Assembly: GCA_963851265.1 (NCBI GenBank)
Contig: CAWKNZ010000009.1
Location: 96,001 to 160,000, forward strand
Source of the DNA: an uncultured Gemmatimonadales bacterium
GTDB taxonomy: Bacteria; Gemmatimonadota; Gemmatimonadetes; Gemmatimonadales; Gemmatimonadaceae
DNA: 64,000 nt
Direction: 5' to 3'
Shown here: positions 28,015 to 37,981 of the stretch, piece after piece
How the letters are laid out: each line of letters begins with the position of its first letter
How positions within the stretch are numbered: position 1 is the stretch's first letter
Program-made: the position numbers and the translations under genes
Notes under the pieces: generated by a model
Told to the model about the DNA's origin: nothing
The model's input: only the letters and a program-made list of their open reading frames with translations
Databases searched by the model: none

Positions 28015-29267
28015 GCACGCGCACGCCGCTCAAACGCGGCCTCGCGGGCGGCGTGCGCCGCGAGGTGCGACCCGAAGAACGCGCCGAACTCGCCGCACTC
28101 CGACCCGACCCGCAGACGCAGGCGGTACTCGACGCGCTCCCCCAACCGCCGCGGCCGATGACACGACCGGCATCGCGGCCGGCGTCGACCGCGGCGGAGG
28201 ACGCCGCGCCGGGCCGCGACGAGGCACCGGCCGACGCGGGGCAGGGAACCGGGACCGCCGGCGGCGCCGCGCGCCCCGTCCACCTCGTGCCCACCGAGGC
28301 GGTCGCGCCGTCGCCGCACCAGGCCCGGCGCCACTTCGCCGGGATCGAGGAGCTCGCGGCGTCGATCGCCGCGTCGGGACTGCAGCACCCGATCCTCGTC
28401 CGCCGGAATCGGCCCGCTGCCGCCGGAGGACCCCCGAACGCGGGCGCGGCGCCATACACGCTCGTCTTCGGCGAGCGGCGACACCGCGCGTTCCGGCAGC
28501 TCCAGAGCGACGCCGATCCCGCGGTCGCCGCACGCCACCGCGAGATCCCGGCCTTCGTCCTCGAAGCAGACGATCTCTCGGACGCCCGGCTCGCCGTGCT
28601 CACCGCCGAAGAGAACGCGCAGCGCGCCGGGCTCACCGCGTGGGAGCTCGCGCAGAACGTCGTCCGCCTCAAGGCCGCCCTCGACGTGGGGGCCGAGCGG
28701 CCGGTGCGCTTCGACGTGCTCGCGCGCCACTTCAACCTGCAGGCGGGGTCGACCAACGAGTACTACACGATCGGCACCGCCATTCCCGAGACGATCCTCC
28801 GCGAGGCCGGACTCGTCCACGGCGACGCGGTCGACTGGCCGCGCGTGGCCCTTCTCAAGAAGCAGCGCCTGCTCGCCATCGCCCGGAAGCCCGCCGCCGA
28901 GCGCGTCGCCCTCCTGCGGACGTACGCAGGCCTGAACGTCGCGCCGCGCCGGCGCGGCGCCGGGCCACGCTTCTCGGTCGAGGGGCTCCGCGCCGCGGGC
29001 GGCTTCGCACTCAAGATCGAGAAGCCCGTGTCGAGCGCGTCCTACAGCCGCACGCAGAGCGAGAGCTTCCTCCGCGACCTCGAGCCCGCGCTCGCCCTCC
29101 TGGCCGAGATCGCCGGCGACCACGCACCCGTCTACCGCCCCGACGCGCCCAACCTCCCGGGCGTCTACTTCGTGCTGCGCGACCGCCCCGAGAACCTCAC
29201 CGCCGACGACCGGAAAGCCGCGCTCGACGCGCTCGACGCGCTGCGACGGGAGTTGGTCAGGAAGTAG
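28011..29267 (+). CDS. parB: ParB family partition protein
   Basis: GTGA coupling to parA; P.Q.R..F...ELA.SI...GL..PI.VR, GERRHRA (CTPase Arg patch) and EN.QR..L...E.A. Confidence 0.9.
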   Translation: MSTRTPLKRGLAGGVRREVRPEERAELAALRPDPQTQAVLDALPQPPRPMTRPASRPASTAAEDAAPGRDEAPADAGQGTGTAGGAARPVHLVPTEAVAPSPHQARRHFAGIEELAASIAASGLQHPILVRRNRPAAAGGPPNAGAAPYTLVFGERRHRAFRQLQSDADPAVAARHREIPAFVLEADDLSDARLAVLTAEENAQRAGLTAWELAQNVVRLKAALDVGAERPVRFDVLARHFNLQAGSTNEYYTIGTAIPETILREAGLVHGDAVDWPRVALLKKQRLLAIARKPAAERVALLRTYAGLNVAPRRRGAGPRFSVEGLRAAGGFALKIEKPVSSASYSRTQSESFLRDLEPALALLAEIAGDHAPVYRPDAPNLPGVYFVLRDRPENLTADDRKAALDALDALRRELVRK

Positions 29268-29305
29268 CCCACGGTACGGCGGCGCGAACGCGCCGCGAGG
29301 GCGGG

Positions 29306-31276
29306 TTACGCCCCCCCGTCCGCCGGCTCGCCATCGTCCGAGCCGCCGAGCATCGGGCGGAGAACGGGCTGATGCCCGTCGCGCGCGCGGCCGATCTGGT
29401 CGATCCGCACACGCGCCGGCAGGTCGCCGGGGCCCGGCTCGGACGCGGCCGACAGTTCGGAGAGCGCCGCCGTGACCGCCGCGCGCACGCGGCGCACCGT
29501 GCTCGGGGCGACGAACAGGTCGGTCCCGAGCACGAGCATGCCGTCGGCGAGCGAGACGGGCACGAGGTGGCCGAGCAGCTGACGCTCGGGCATGCTCGCC
29601 GTCGCCCCCTCGGGCAGCAGGTCGCGGAGCAGCGCCCAGACGGCCACGGCCCGCGCATCGCCGGGCAGCGACGCCGCCAGCTCCGCCGCCGCGGCCGCGC
29701 CCGCGACCTCGGGATCGACGTTGGGTGCGACGACGGTCGGCGGACGGACGGCCGCGTTGCCCGCGGGCGCGCCCACCGCGTCCGACGCGGGCACGAGACG
29801 CGCCGCGGCCCACGTCGCGAACCCGACGTCGCCGGTATTCGGGCGGTTGGCGGCGACGCGGTCGAGCACGAACCCGCGCCAGCTCCGCGTCACCCGCCCG
29901 GGGTCCGTCTCGCGCACGTAGAGCGCGAAGCAGAGCGCGTCGTACGCCGCGTGCGGGCTCGCGGCGAGCAGCGCGCGCGCGCCCGCGTCGTCGAATCCGA
30001 AGTAGTGCAGGAACGCGAGCTGCGCCCGGTCGCTCGTGAGGTCGATGACGCTCGTCCCGCGCAGCAGCGCGGCAAGGGCGAGCGCGGGCCCGGGCTCGAA
30101 GGTGAGCACCCACTCGCCCTTCTTCGGCGAGGTCGCCCCGAGTCCCGCGGCGAGCACCCCAACCCCCACGAGTTCGTCGGCCGCACGCACGAGGTCCCGC
30201 TTGACCTCGTTCGCATACCGGCTCGGCAGCACGCCGCAGGCGGCGCGCAGGGCGCGGAGGTCGAACGCCCACGGCGCCGGGCGCCCGCTCGCCGCCTCAC
30301 CGGCGAGCAGCACGTAGAGCCGCCGCGCGAGCGGCGACGAGAGCGCGCGATACCGGTCGGCCTCGATCCACGCCACCCACCCGGTGACGAGATGCTCGTG
30401 AAAGCGTGCGTTGAGCTTGAGACGCGTGATGCGCAATTCGCCCGTGGCGCTCCGCTCGTAGCTCAGCCGCCACGCGTACTCGAGCAGGTGCGTGACCTCC
30501 TCCTCGATCGCGACCACGCCGTCGCCCGCCGAACGCCCGCGGCCGCTCGCCGCGCGGTCCGGCACGCGCGGACGCGCCCCGGGCTCGCCGCCGACGATCG
30601 CGGCCGCCTCGCCCGACGCGTCGCGGAACACGCGCCCGGTCGACGTGAACTTCAGGTACCCGAAGCGGCGCAGCGCCTGGCGCACGCGCCGGCTCGCGGT
30701 CGCGTTCCGCTCCTTGCGGTCGACGCCCATCGCGGTGAGGATCTCGTTCACCGACACGTCGGCGAGCGCGCCATCCACGAGGCGCGACGGCTTGCCCGCG
30801 AGCACCGCCTGATAATCTTCCGCGTAGAGCGCGAGCACCGCGAGGAATACGTCGAGGTCGCGCCCGCGCGGCATCCCGAGCCGGCTGTGCCCTTCGACGC
30901 GGATGGTCACCGTGCGGCCGAAGCGCTCGATGAGTTCGTACTTCGCCTGCCACGCCTCGACCGGCAGGACGGGCAGCCGTTCGAGGAAGTCGGCGTCCCG
31001 CTCGTCCGTCTCGGCCTCGGGCGGATCGTCGTCCTCGCCCTTCGACCGCCCGGGCAGGGCTGGCGCGCGCAGCGACGCGAGCACGAACGGCACCTGCGCC
31101 AGGTCGAGCGGAGCCGGCACGTTGGGCACGACCGCGCCCCCGGTGCGCTGCAGCAGCGCGACGTCGGGGATGCCGCTCGCGGCCGAATTCGTGGGGGTGG
31201 CGCCCGTCACCGGCGGCCGTGCGACGCGACGCGGCGCGCGTGACCGGGGATGGGGCGAATCGGCGGCCGACGACAT
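29306..31276 (-). CDS. Putative plasmid/chromid replication initiator (wHTH Rep) with DnaA-N-like C-terminus
   Basis: L...PF, G.P...D.DV.LA.L and L.SPLARRLY.LL motifs seen in plasmid initiators; lies between parAB and an iteron-bearing region. Family not confirmed by search. Confidence 0.7.
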   Translation of the reverse strand: MSSAADSPHPRSRAPRRVARPPVTGATPTNSAASGIPDVALLQRTGGAVVPNVPAPLDLAQVPFVLASLRAPALPGRSKGEDDDPPEAETDERDADFLERLPVLPVEAWQAKYELIERFGRTVTIRVEGHSRLGMPRGRDLDVFLAVLALYAEDYQAVLAGKPSRLVDGALADVSVNEILTAMGVDRKERNATASRRVRQALRRFGYLKFTSTGRVFRDASGEAAAIVGGEPGARPRVPDRAASGRGRSAGDGVVAIEEEVTHLLEYAWRLSYERSATGELRITRLKLNARFHEHLVTGWVAWIEADRYRALSSPLARRLYVLLAGEAASGRPAPWAFDLRALRAACGVLPSRYANEVKRDLVRAADELVGVGVLAAGLGATSPKKGEWVLTFEPGPALALAALLRGTSVIDLTSDRAQLAFLHYFGFDDAGARALLAASPHAAYDALCFALYVRETDPGRVTRSWRGFVLDRVAANRPNTGDVGFATWAAARLVPASDAVGAPAGNAAVRPPTVVAPNVDPEVAGAAAAAELAASLPGDARAVAVWALLRDLLPEGATASMPERQLLGHLVPVSLADGMLVLGTDLFVAPSTVRRVRAAVTAALSELSAASEPGPGDLPARVRIDQIGRARDGHQPVLRPMLGGSDDGEPADGGA

Positions 31277-31495
31277 GGGCGACGAGCGGAGGGCAGAAAC
31301 GGTGCAGGGCACGCTAGCCGGACGCTCTGCACCAGGCAACGCGCCGGGTTGGAGGGAGTTGTCGTTCTGAAAAAGACAACAGACCTACCTACGCATGGGC
31401 GATCCGCACTCTGCGTCGCGGACCGTAAGTCGTGCGTTGAGGGGCGATTGCGCGCGAGTCGAGCACTCCGACCCCGTCACGGCACCCACGTCCGG

Positions 31496-31882
31496 TCCGT
31501 GTCAGCGCCCGTACCCCGCGCGGTTCACCGACCGGATACACGCTGCGACGCATGAAGTCCGTGTCAGATCCCGTACGCCACCATACCCAGCGCCCGTGGT
31601 GGAGTACCCCGGGCGCGCTGGCGTGCATCCGTCCAATGCAGCCCTAGAACCCCCGATACGGGAACTGACACGGAGTAAACGCCGCCCGACACACGGCTGT
31701 GCTCCCGAGCGCTGGGGCAGTGCCGGTCCACTGGCCAGGCACTGCGGATTGACGAGCCCGGGTACTGTCTCCCATACTCCCGGTATGGGCGTTGACACGG
31801 AGTTCTGCCGCGGCTCGCTCGCGTGACCACGCGTCGCATGGTCCGGGCGACGACGCGCGCTCCATCCGTGCGATGACACGGA
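31496..31882. repeat. Iteron-like 19-bp repeats TCCGTGTCAnnnCCCRTAY, putative replication origin
   Basis: Plus-strand copies at 31496-31514 and 31558-31576; minus-strand copies at 31656-31674 and 31783-31801; partial copy at 31864-31882; lower-GC intergenic region upstream of rep. Confidence 0.75.
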
Positions 31883-32919
31883 GATCGCGCGTTCCGAATC
31901 GCGCCGTCGCGTCGAGCCTCTCCGCGGCGAGTGCTTCGGCAGCCCAGGATGCGCCTGCTTCGAGCGGCAGCACGCGCGGCGGCGCGAACGACGTGCGGTG
32001 GCTCCGCCCCGCGTCCGCGCCGCCCCGCGTCGTCGACCTCCGGGCCGTCGCGCGGCGCCTCGACGATCTGGGTCCGCTCGACGCGGGTGCGTGGCGCGCC
32101 GCGCAGCTCGTCGCGCTGCTGGTCGGGGCGGAGCTGGACGGCGGACCCGGCGCGGCCACGGCGGGATGGGAGGGCGGCACGACCGTGCGGGTGGCCGATC
32201 TCGCGTCACGCGCCGGCGTCGTTCCGGCCGAGGTCGAGGACGCGCTTCGCAGGCTCGGCCGCGCCGGCGTGCTCCGCGCGGAGGAGGGCGGGGAAGTGGG
32301 ACCGGCGTCGGACGACTATGCCGGGGTGTGCGTGCGCGTCGCGGCCGACTGCGTCACGGACGGCCCCGCTGCCGCCGTCGCGTGGCCCACCGTGACGGCG
32401 GCGCTCGCCGGCTCGGCGGCCGGGCTCCTCGTGGCGCGTGCGCTCGCCGCCGCGACCGACCGGCCCGGGCATCCGACCGTCGTGCCCTACGGCGATCTCG
32501 CCCGCGCGACGCACTACTCCGAAGGGATGGTGAAGCGCGGAGTGGCGACGGTGCTCGCGTCGGGCGCGGTCGTTCAGCACCCGTGCCGCGGGCGCGCGCC
32601 GGCGTACGCGTTCTCGGACTGGGCGCTCGGGCGTGGTACCGCGCGCGCGGCGGTGGACGTGCCGGCCGAGGTGGCGCGCGTCGCGCCTCCCTCGACCGCT
32701 CCGCGCCAGGCGGGTGCGCTGCCACCTGTCGCTCCGCAGCCCGTGCCCTCCCGCCGCACGGCGTCTGCGTTCGCAGCCCTTCCGCCGGTCCTGCGGGCGC
32801 GCGTCGCCGGCGTCGACTTCGAGGTGCCGGCCGAGACGGGGGCGGAGGTGGTCGTCGAGACCGTGATCGACGGGCGCCCGGTCACCGCACGGCTGACGAT
32901 CCCGGCGGCCCGCGGCTGA
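31873..32919 (+). CDS. Hypothetical protein with two predicted winged-HTH motifs
   Basis: VADLASRAGV...EVEDALRRLGRAGVL and YGDLARATHYSEGMVKRGVATVLASGAV; start uncertain. Confidence 0.6.
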   Translation: MTRRSRVPNRAVASSLSAASASAAQDAPASSGSTRGGANDVRWLRPASAPPRVVDLRAVARRLDDLGPLDAGAWRAAQLVALLVGAELDGGPGAATAGWEGGTTVRVADLASRAGVVPAEVEDALRRLGRAGVLRAEEGGEVGPASDDYAGVCVRVAADCVTDGPAAAVAWPTVTAALAGSAAGLLVARALAAATDRPGHPTVVPYGDLARATHYSEGMVKRGVATVLASGAVVQHPCRGRAPAYAFSDWALGRGTARAAVDVPAEVARVAPPSTAPRQAGALPPVAPQPVPSRRTASAFAALPPVLRARVAGVDFEVPAETGAEVVVETVIDGRPVTARLTIPAARG

Positions 32920-33031
32920 CCGCGGGCCGCCCCGTGCGGGCCGCCCCGTGCCGGCGACGTGCGCCGCCGGGTAGATCTCCGGTGCTTCCCGGACTCCCCG
33001 CTGACCCTCGCCTTCGTATCTCGCGCCGCTG

Positions 33032-33529
33032 ATGCGTCCGACCCGACTGCTGACTCCGCTGCTCGCGCTCGCCCTCGCCACGCCCCTCGCTCTCCCGCTC
33101 GCCGCGTGCGGCGGGTCGGACACGACAGCCCCGACGCCCACGGCCACGATCGAGACGACGACCTTCGCCCCATCCCTCGGCATCGACCTGACCGCTCCGG
33201 GCTGGACGCGCACCTCGGCGGACCTCTACACCCGCACGCTGACCGCGGCGCCGTCGGGGGCGGCGACGGTCGTCAACGGGCAGCACCTGTCGGTGGCCTA
33301 CACCGGCTGGCTCGCGGACGGGACGTCGTTCGACTCGGGAACGATCCCTTTCACGCTCGGCGCCGGCGCCGTGATCCCGGGGTGGGACCAGGGCATCGTC
33401 GGCATGCGCGTCGGTGAACGCCGCCGGCTGCTGATCCCGCCGGGGCTCGCCTACGGCGCCTCGGGTCAGGGAAAGATTCCGCCGAACGCGGTCCTGGTCT
33501 TCGACGTCCAGGTGCTCTCGGCGGGGTGA
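33032..33529 (+). CDS. FKBP-type peptidyl-prolyl isomerase (lipoprotein)
   Basis: Lipobox LAAC; YTGWL.DGT.FDS, VIPGWDQG..GM.VG and IPP.LAYG. Confidence 0.95.
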   Translation: MRPTRLLTPLLALALATPLALPLAACGGSDTTAPTPTATIETTTFAPSLGIDLTAPGWTRTSADLYTRTLTAAPSGAATVVNGQHLSVAYTGWLADGTSFDSGTIPFTLGAGAVIPGWDQGIVGMRVGERRRLLIPPGLAYGASGQGKIPPNAVLVFDVQVLSAG

Positions 33530-33575
33530 GTGTGGGGTGTGCGGGGGAGCCCTCCCGCGCCCGTTACCTTCGGGC

Positions 33576-34310
33576 GTGCTGCACACCGTCCTCGACCTGC
33601 TCGGCGTCGCCGTGTTCGCCGCCTCGGGGGCGCTCGCCGCCGGACGCAAGCAGCTCGACCTGCTCGGCGTGCTCGTGCTCGCGCTCGTCACCGCCGTGGG
33701 CGGGGGCACGCTGCGTGACGTGCTGCTCGGCCGCCACCCGATCTTCTGGCTGGCGACGCCGCGCTACCTCGCGGTCATCGCGGCGGCCGCGCTGCTCACG
33801 GTCGCCTACACCCGCCGGTGGCGCGCGCCGGAGAGCGCGCTGCTCGTCGCCGATGCCGTGGGCCTCGGCGCGTACGCGATCGTCGGCGCCCAGATCGCCG
33901 AACGCGCGGGCCTGCCGCCGACCAGCGCCGTCCTCCTCGGCGCGGTCACCGGCGCGGCCGGCGGCGCCGTGCGCGACGTGCTCTGCGCCGAGATCCCGTA
34001 CGTGCTCCGGCGCGGCAACCTGTACGCGAGCGCGGCGCTCGCCGGCACGGGGAGCTACGTCGCGCTCGAAGCGCTGGACCTCGCCCGCCCCGCAGCCGCG
34101 CTCGCGGGCGCCGTGGTCACCATAGCCCTGCGGCTCGGCTCCATCCGCTGGCAGCTGCAGCTCCCCGTCTATCGGCTCGAGGCGGCGGAACCGCGCCCGC
34201 TGTTCTCGCGCCGCGCGACGGCCCGGGTCACCGGGGAGTTCGCCGTGCCGGCCGCGCCGCGCCTGCCACCCGATGCGGGGCCCGGCGGTGGCGCCGCGGG
34301 CGCGACGTAG
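33576..34310 (+). CDS. TRIC / UPF0126 (YadS-like) membrane protein
   Basis: FA.SGA, TAVGGGTLRD and D..GL...G..GG..RD repeats. Confidence 0.9.
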   Translation: MLHTVLDLLGVAVFAASGALAAGRKQLDLLGVLVLALVTAVGGGTLRDVLLGRHPIFWLATPRYLAVIAAAALLTVAYTRRWRAPESALLVADAVGLGAYAIVGAQIAERAGLPPTSAVLLGAVTGAAGGAVRDVLCAEIPYVLRRGNLYASAALAGTGSYVALEALDLARPAAALAGAVVTIALRLGSIRWQLQLPVYRLEAAEPRPLFSRRATARVTGEFAVPAAPRLPPDAGPGGGAAGAT

Positions 34311-34385
34311 TTTGACGTGACAGCCGGCAGACGGGCCGCACGCCGCGCGACCCGATCCCGCCCGACCACCCCGCCTCACCCTGCC

Positions 34386-35990
34386 ATGCCCGCACCCGGT
34401 CTCCCGCGGCGAGTTCTGCCCTCGCACACGGCCGCATGCCTCGCGACCGTCCTGGTGGCCGCCCTGGTGGCCGCACTCGCGCCGACCGTGGCGCGGGCGC
34501 AGGCCGTGCACCCCGCCGTCCGCGCCGCTTCCCCCGCGGCGTCCGGCGTGATCCCCGCGGCGATGGCCGCGATCCGCGAGGCGGACCTCAAGCGCGACCT
34601 CTACGCGCTGGCGAGCGATTCGATGCGCGGGCGCGAGGCCGGCACGCTGGACGAGCTGCGCGCGTCGATGTGGATCGCCGACCAGCTGCGGCGCATCGGG
34701 GTCGCGCCGGCGGCACCCGACGGCAGCTACTTCCAGTGGTGGAACATGCGTCGCACGCGCGTCTCGACCACGGCGAGTCGCGTGCTCGTCGGCGACCGCC
34801 CGCTCGCCATCTGGAGCGAGGTCGCGCCGGGGTCCGCGCTGGCGGCGATGGTGGACGCCCCCACCGTCGTGCTCGCCGACGCGCGCGACAGCACCACGGA
34901 CGTCGCGGGCAAGGTGGTCGTCGCCGACCTCGTGCCGCCGCCCACCGCCGTGCGCCGCGAGGGCACCAACTCGTACGAGTACCGCTACGCCGCGAGCGCG
35001 CTCGCCGCGGCCGGCGCCCGGCTGCAGCGGCGCGGCGCCGCGGCCGTGATCCTCGTGGCCGACTCGGTCGCCGAGCGCGGGTTCGAGGGTGTGGCGGCGA
35101 TCCGGTCGCGCGGCACGTACGACGTCGAGGGCGGGGCGCCGTGGCTCGCGCCGCGTGCGCCTAACGCCGCGACCGTTGCCGCCGCGCCGGTCCCCGTGCT
35201 CCTCGCGCGCCGCGGACTGGCGGACGTGCTCCGCGTCCCCGGGCAGCGCGTGCGGCTCGACCTCCGCCTCGAGCGCTTCGAGGCGCCCTCCGTCAACGTC
35301 GTGGGCACGGTGCGCGGCGCCGACCCGGCACTCCGCGACGAGTACGTGCTCTACAGCTCGCACCAGGACCACGACGGGGTGCGCTACGCGATCAACGGCG
35401 ATTCGGTCTGGGCCGGGGCCGACGACAACGGCTCGGTGAGCGTCGCGCTCCTCGCGATCGCGCGGGCGTTCGTGCGGCAGCCCGGCAGGCGCTCGGTCCT
35501 CTTCGTCTACCACGGCGCCGAGGAACGCGGCCTGCTCGGCTCCCGCTACCACGCGGCCCACCCCGTGGTGCCGCGCGACCGCATCGTCGCCGTGCTCAAC
35601 GGCGACATGATCGGGCGCAACAACCCCGACTCGGCGAGCCTGCTCGGCATCCAGCCGCCGCACCGCAACTCGTCCGACCTCGTCGCCACCGCGCTGCGTG
35701 CGAACGCACTCACGGGCAGGTTCCAACTCGACTCGATCTGGGACCGCCCCACGCACCCGGAAGGCTGGTACTTCCGGAGCGACCACGTGCCGTACGCGCG
35801 GATGAACATCCCGGCGATCGAGTACTCGACCAACCTGCACGCCGATTATCACACGCCGCGCGACAAGCCGTCGGCGATCGACTACGCCAAACTCACCCGG
35901 ATGACGCAGTGGATGTACTTGACCGGCTGGTTCGTCGCGACCGCGCCCACGCGCCCGACCATCGACCCCGGCTTCCGGCTGGAGCGGTGA
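34386..35990 (+). CDS. M28 family metallopeptidase, secreted
   Basis: SH.DH, GADDNGS, AEERGLLGS, N.DMIG, RSDH and YH motifs. Confidence 0.92.
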   Translation: MPAPGLPRRVLPSHTAACLATVLVAALVAALAPTVARAQAVHPAVRAASPAASGVIPAAMAAIREADLKRDLYALASDSMRGREAGTLDELRASMWIADQLRRIGVAPAAPDGSYFQWWNMRRTRVSTTASRVLVGDRPLAIWSEVAPGSALAAMVDAPTVVLADARDSTTDVAGKVVVADLVPPPTAVRREGTNSYEYRYAASALAAAGARLQRRGAAAVILVADSVAERGFEGVAAIRSRGTYDVEGGAPWLAPRAPNAATVAAAPVPVLLARRGLADVLRVPGQRVRLDLRLERFEAPSVNVVGTVRGADPALRDEYVLYSSHQDHDGVRYAINGDSVWAGADDNGSVSVALLAIARAFVRQPGRRSVLFVYHGAEERGLLGSRYHAAHPVVPRDRIVAVLNGDMIGRNNPDSASLLGIQPPHRNSSDLVATALRANALTGRFQLDSIWDRPTHPEGWYFRSDHVPYARMNIPAIEYSTNLHADYHTPRDKPSAIDYAKLTRMTQWMYLTGWFVATAPTRPTIDPGFRLER

Positions 35991-35995
35991 GCGCC

Positions 35996-37804
35996 ATGCG
36001 ACGCCTGCTCTCGATCGCGCTGCCGTGCGCGGTCGGCGTGTGCGCGGCCGGCACCGCGGCCCGCGCGCAACCTGCGGTCTGGCCCGACGAAGGGCCGCGC
36101 ACGTGGACGCCGCGCCCCACCGCGCCGGCCATCACCGCCAACGACCTGCGCACGCGTCTCTACCAGTTTGCCGACGACTCGATGCAGGGGCGACGCATCG
36201 GCGACGTCGGCAACTTCAAGGGGACCGAGTACGTTGCCCGCGAGTTCCGGCGCCTGGGTCTGCGCCCCGCCGGTGACGGCGGCACGTACTTCCAGGTGCT
36301 CCCGATCGGTCCGGTGGGCGTGGACAGCGCCGCGGCGCGGCTGCTGGTCGCGGGCGCCGCTCTCGCCCCACGCGCCGACTGGATTCCCACCGCGCCGAAC
36401 GCGGCGAACGGCTTCGGCGACGCCGTGGACGTCACCAACGCGCCGGCGGTGTTTGCGGGGCGCTGGGGCGACACGACGGTCGCGCTGGACCCGGCGGTGT
36501 TCCGCGGCAGGGTGGCGGTGTTCCTCGGCGCGGCCGGCACCGCGGGCGCGCGTCGTCCCGCGCTGCCCCGGTGTGATTCGGTGCCGGACAAGTTCGGCGC
36601 CGCGGCAGCCATCGCCGTCGAAACCGCCGACCGCGCACGCGGCGGAGGGATTCGGCGCGTGCGGGTGGTGCGCGACGCGCGGGCGCAGACCGCCGGCGCG
36701 CTCGCTGCGCTCGTCGTGGAGCTCGACGCACTCCCCGAGGCCGCGCTCGACGCCGCGTTCGCCCAGCGCATGACGATGCGCCCCGAAACGCCCGCGCGCG
36801 GGATCGGCGGTGCGACGATTTCGCAGGCCGCGGCGGCGCGCCTGTTCGGCCGGGCGGTCGACGGCCTCGCCGTGGGCACGGTCGGGCAACCGGTGACGGC
36901 ATCGTGGCGCTATACGTGGCGCATGTCGACAACGCCGGCGCGCAACGTCGTCGCCGTCCTTCCGGGCGCGGATCCGGCGCGTGCGGGCGAATACGTCCTC
37001 GTGAGCGCGCACAACGATCACATGGGCGTCAACCCGAGCGCGGTCGACCACGACTCGCTCCGCGCGGTCAACATGGTCACCCGCCCGCAGGGCATCAACG
37101 ACCCCGCCTGCCGCCCCACCGAGGCGCAGCAGCGGCGCATCGACTCGCTCGTCGCGCACGCCCGCAGCATCCGCCCGCCCCGGCGCGACTCCATCATGAA
37201 TGGCGCGGACGACGACGGTTCCGGCACCGTGGTGCTGCTCGAGATCGCCGAACAGTTCGCGGCGGAGCGTCCGGCGCGCTCCATCGTCTTCGTGTCGCAC
37301 ACGGGCGAGGAGGCGGGACTGCTCGGCTCGAAGTGGTTCACCGACCACCCCACGGTCAAGCTCGACTCGGTGGTTGCCGCCCTCAACATGGACATGGTCG
37401 GGAAAGGGCGGGCGGACCAGGTGAAGTTCGGCGGTCCGACCTCACTCCAGACGCTCGGATCTCGCCGCTTATCACGTCAGTTCGGCGACATCATCGACTC
37501 CGTGAACGCCGCGCGACCCGAGCACATGGCGATCGATCGGAGCTGGGACGTGCCCGCCAACCCGATGAACCGTTTCTGCCGCAGCGACCAGGTCAACTAC
37601 GTTCATCATGACGTCCCCGTCACCTACTTCTCGCTCGGCTACGCGGAGGACTACCACCAGGTGACGGACGAGCCGCCGTACATCGACTACGACCACGCGG
37701 CGCGGGTGGGGCGGTTCATTCACGACGTCATGGCCGCGATCGCCGATCGCCGCGACCGGCCGGCGATTTCGGGCGCCGACCCGTCGTACCCGGCCTGCCG
37801 GTGA
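35996..37804 (+). CDS. M28 family metallopeptidase, secreted, with insertion between zinc ligands
   Basis: SAHNDH, NGADDDGSG, GEEAGLLGS, NMDMVG, RSD and DYH motifs. Confidence 0.92.
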   Translation: MRRLLSIALPCAVGVCAAGTAARAQPAVWPDEGPRTWTPRPTAPAITANDLRTRLYQFADDSMQGRRIGDVGNFKGTEYVAREFRRLGLRPAGDGGTYFQVLPIGPVGVDSAAARLLVAGAALAPRADWIPTAPNAANGFGDAVDVTNAPAVFAGRWGDTTVALDPAVFRGRVAVFLGAAGTAGARRPALPRCDSVPDKFGAAAAIAVETADRARGGGIRRVRVVRDARAQTAGALAALVVELDALPEAALDAAFAQRMTMRPETPARGIGGATISQAAAARLFGRAVDGLAVGTVGQPVTASWRYTWRMSTTPARNVVAVLPGADPARAGEYVLVSAHNDHMGVNPSAVDHDSLRAVNMVTRPQGINDPACRPTEAQQRRIDSLVAHARSIRPPRRDSIMNGADDDGSGTVVLLEIAEQFAAERPARSIVFVSHTGEEAGLLGSKWFTDHPTVKLDSVVAALNMDMVGKGRADQVKFGGPTSLQTLGSRRLSRQFGDIIDSVNAARPEHMAIDRSWDVPANPMNRFCRSDQVNYVHHDVPVTYFSLGYAEDYHQVTDEPPYIDYDHAARVGRFIHDVMAAIADRRDRPAISGADPSYPACR

Positions 37805-37981
37805 GCGGTTTGGGCGAACGCCCCTGATCGGGGAGCAGTCGCCGCCGCCCTGCCCGCGATTTGCTCGCTCGCTGCCGACGTGGACCCGCGCTTGCGCGGA
37901 CGTACCCATCGCTGCACCGCGATTCCCGATCGCGCGACAGGCTTCGCCCACCGTTCGCGACTCCAACGCTCACACCGCGCC

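Noticed and set aside
7498..31243. Very long alternative-frame ORFs (e.g. 7498-10377 +, 17359-20499 +, 21237-23582 +, 28640-31243 +)
   Set aside because: Arg/Ala/Pro-rich shadow frames of well-supported genes; expected when stop codons are rare at this GC content.
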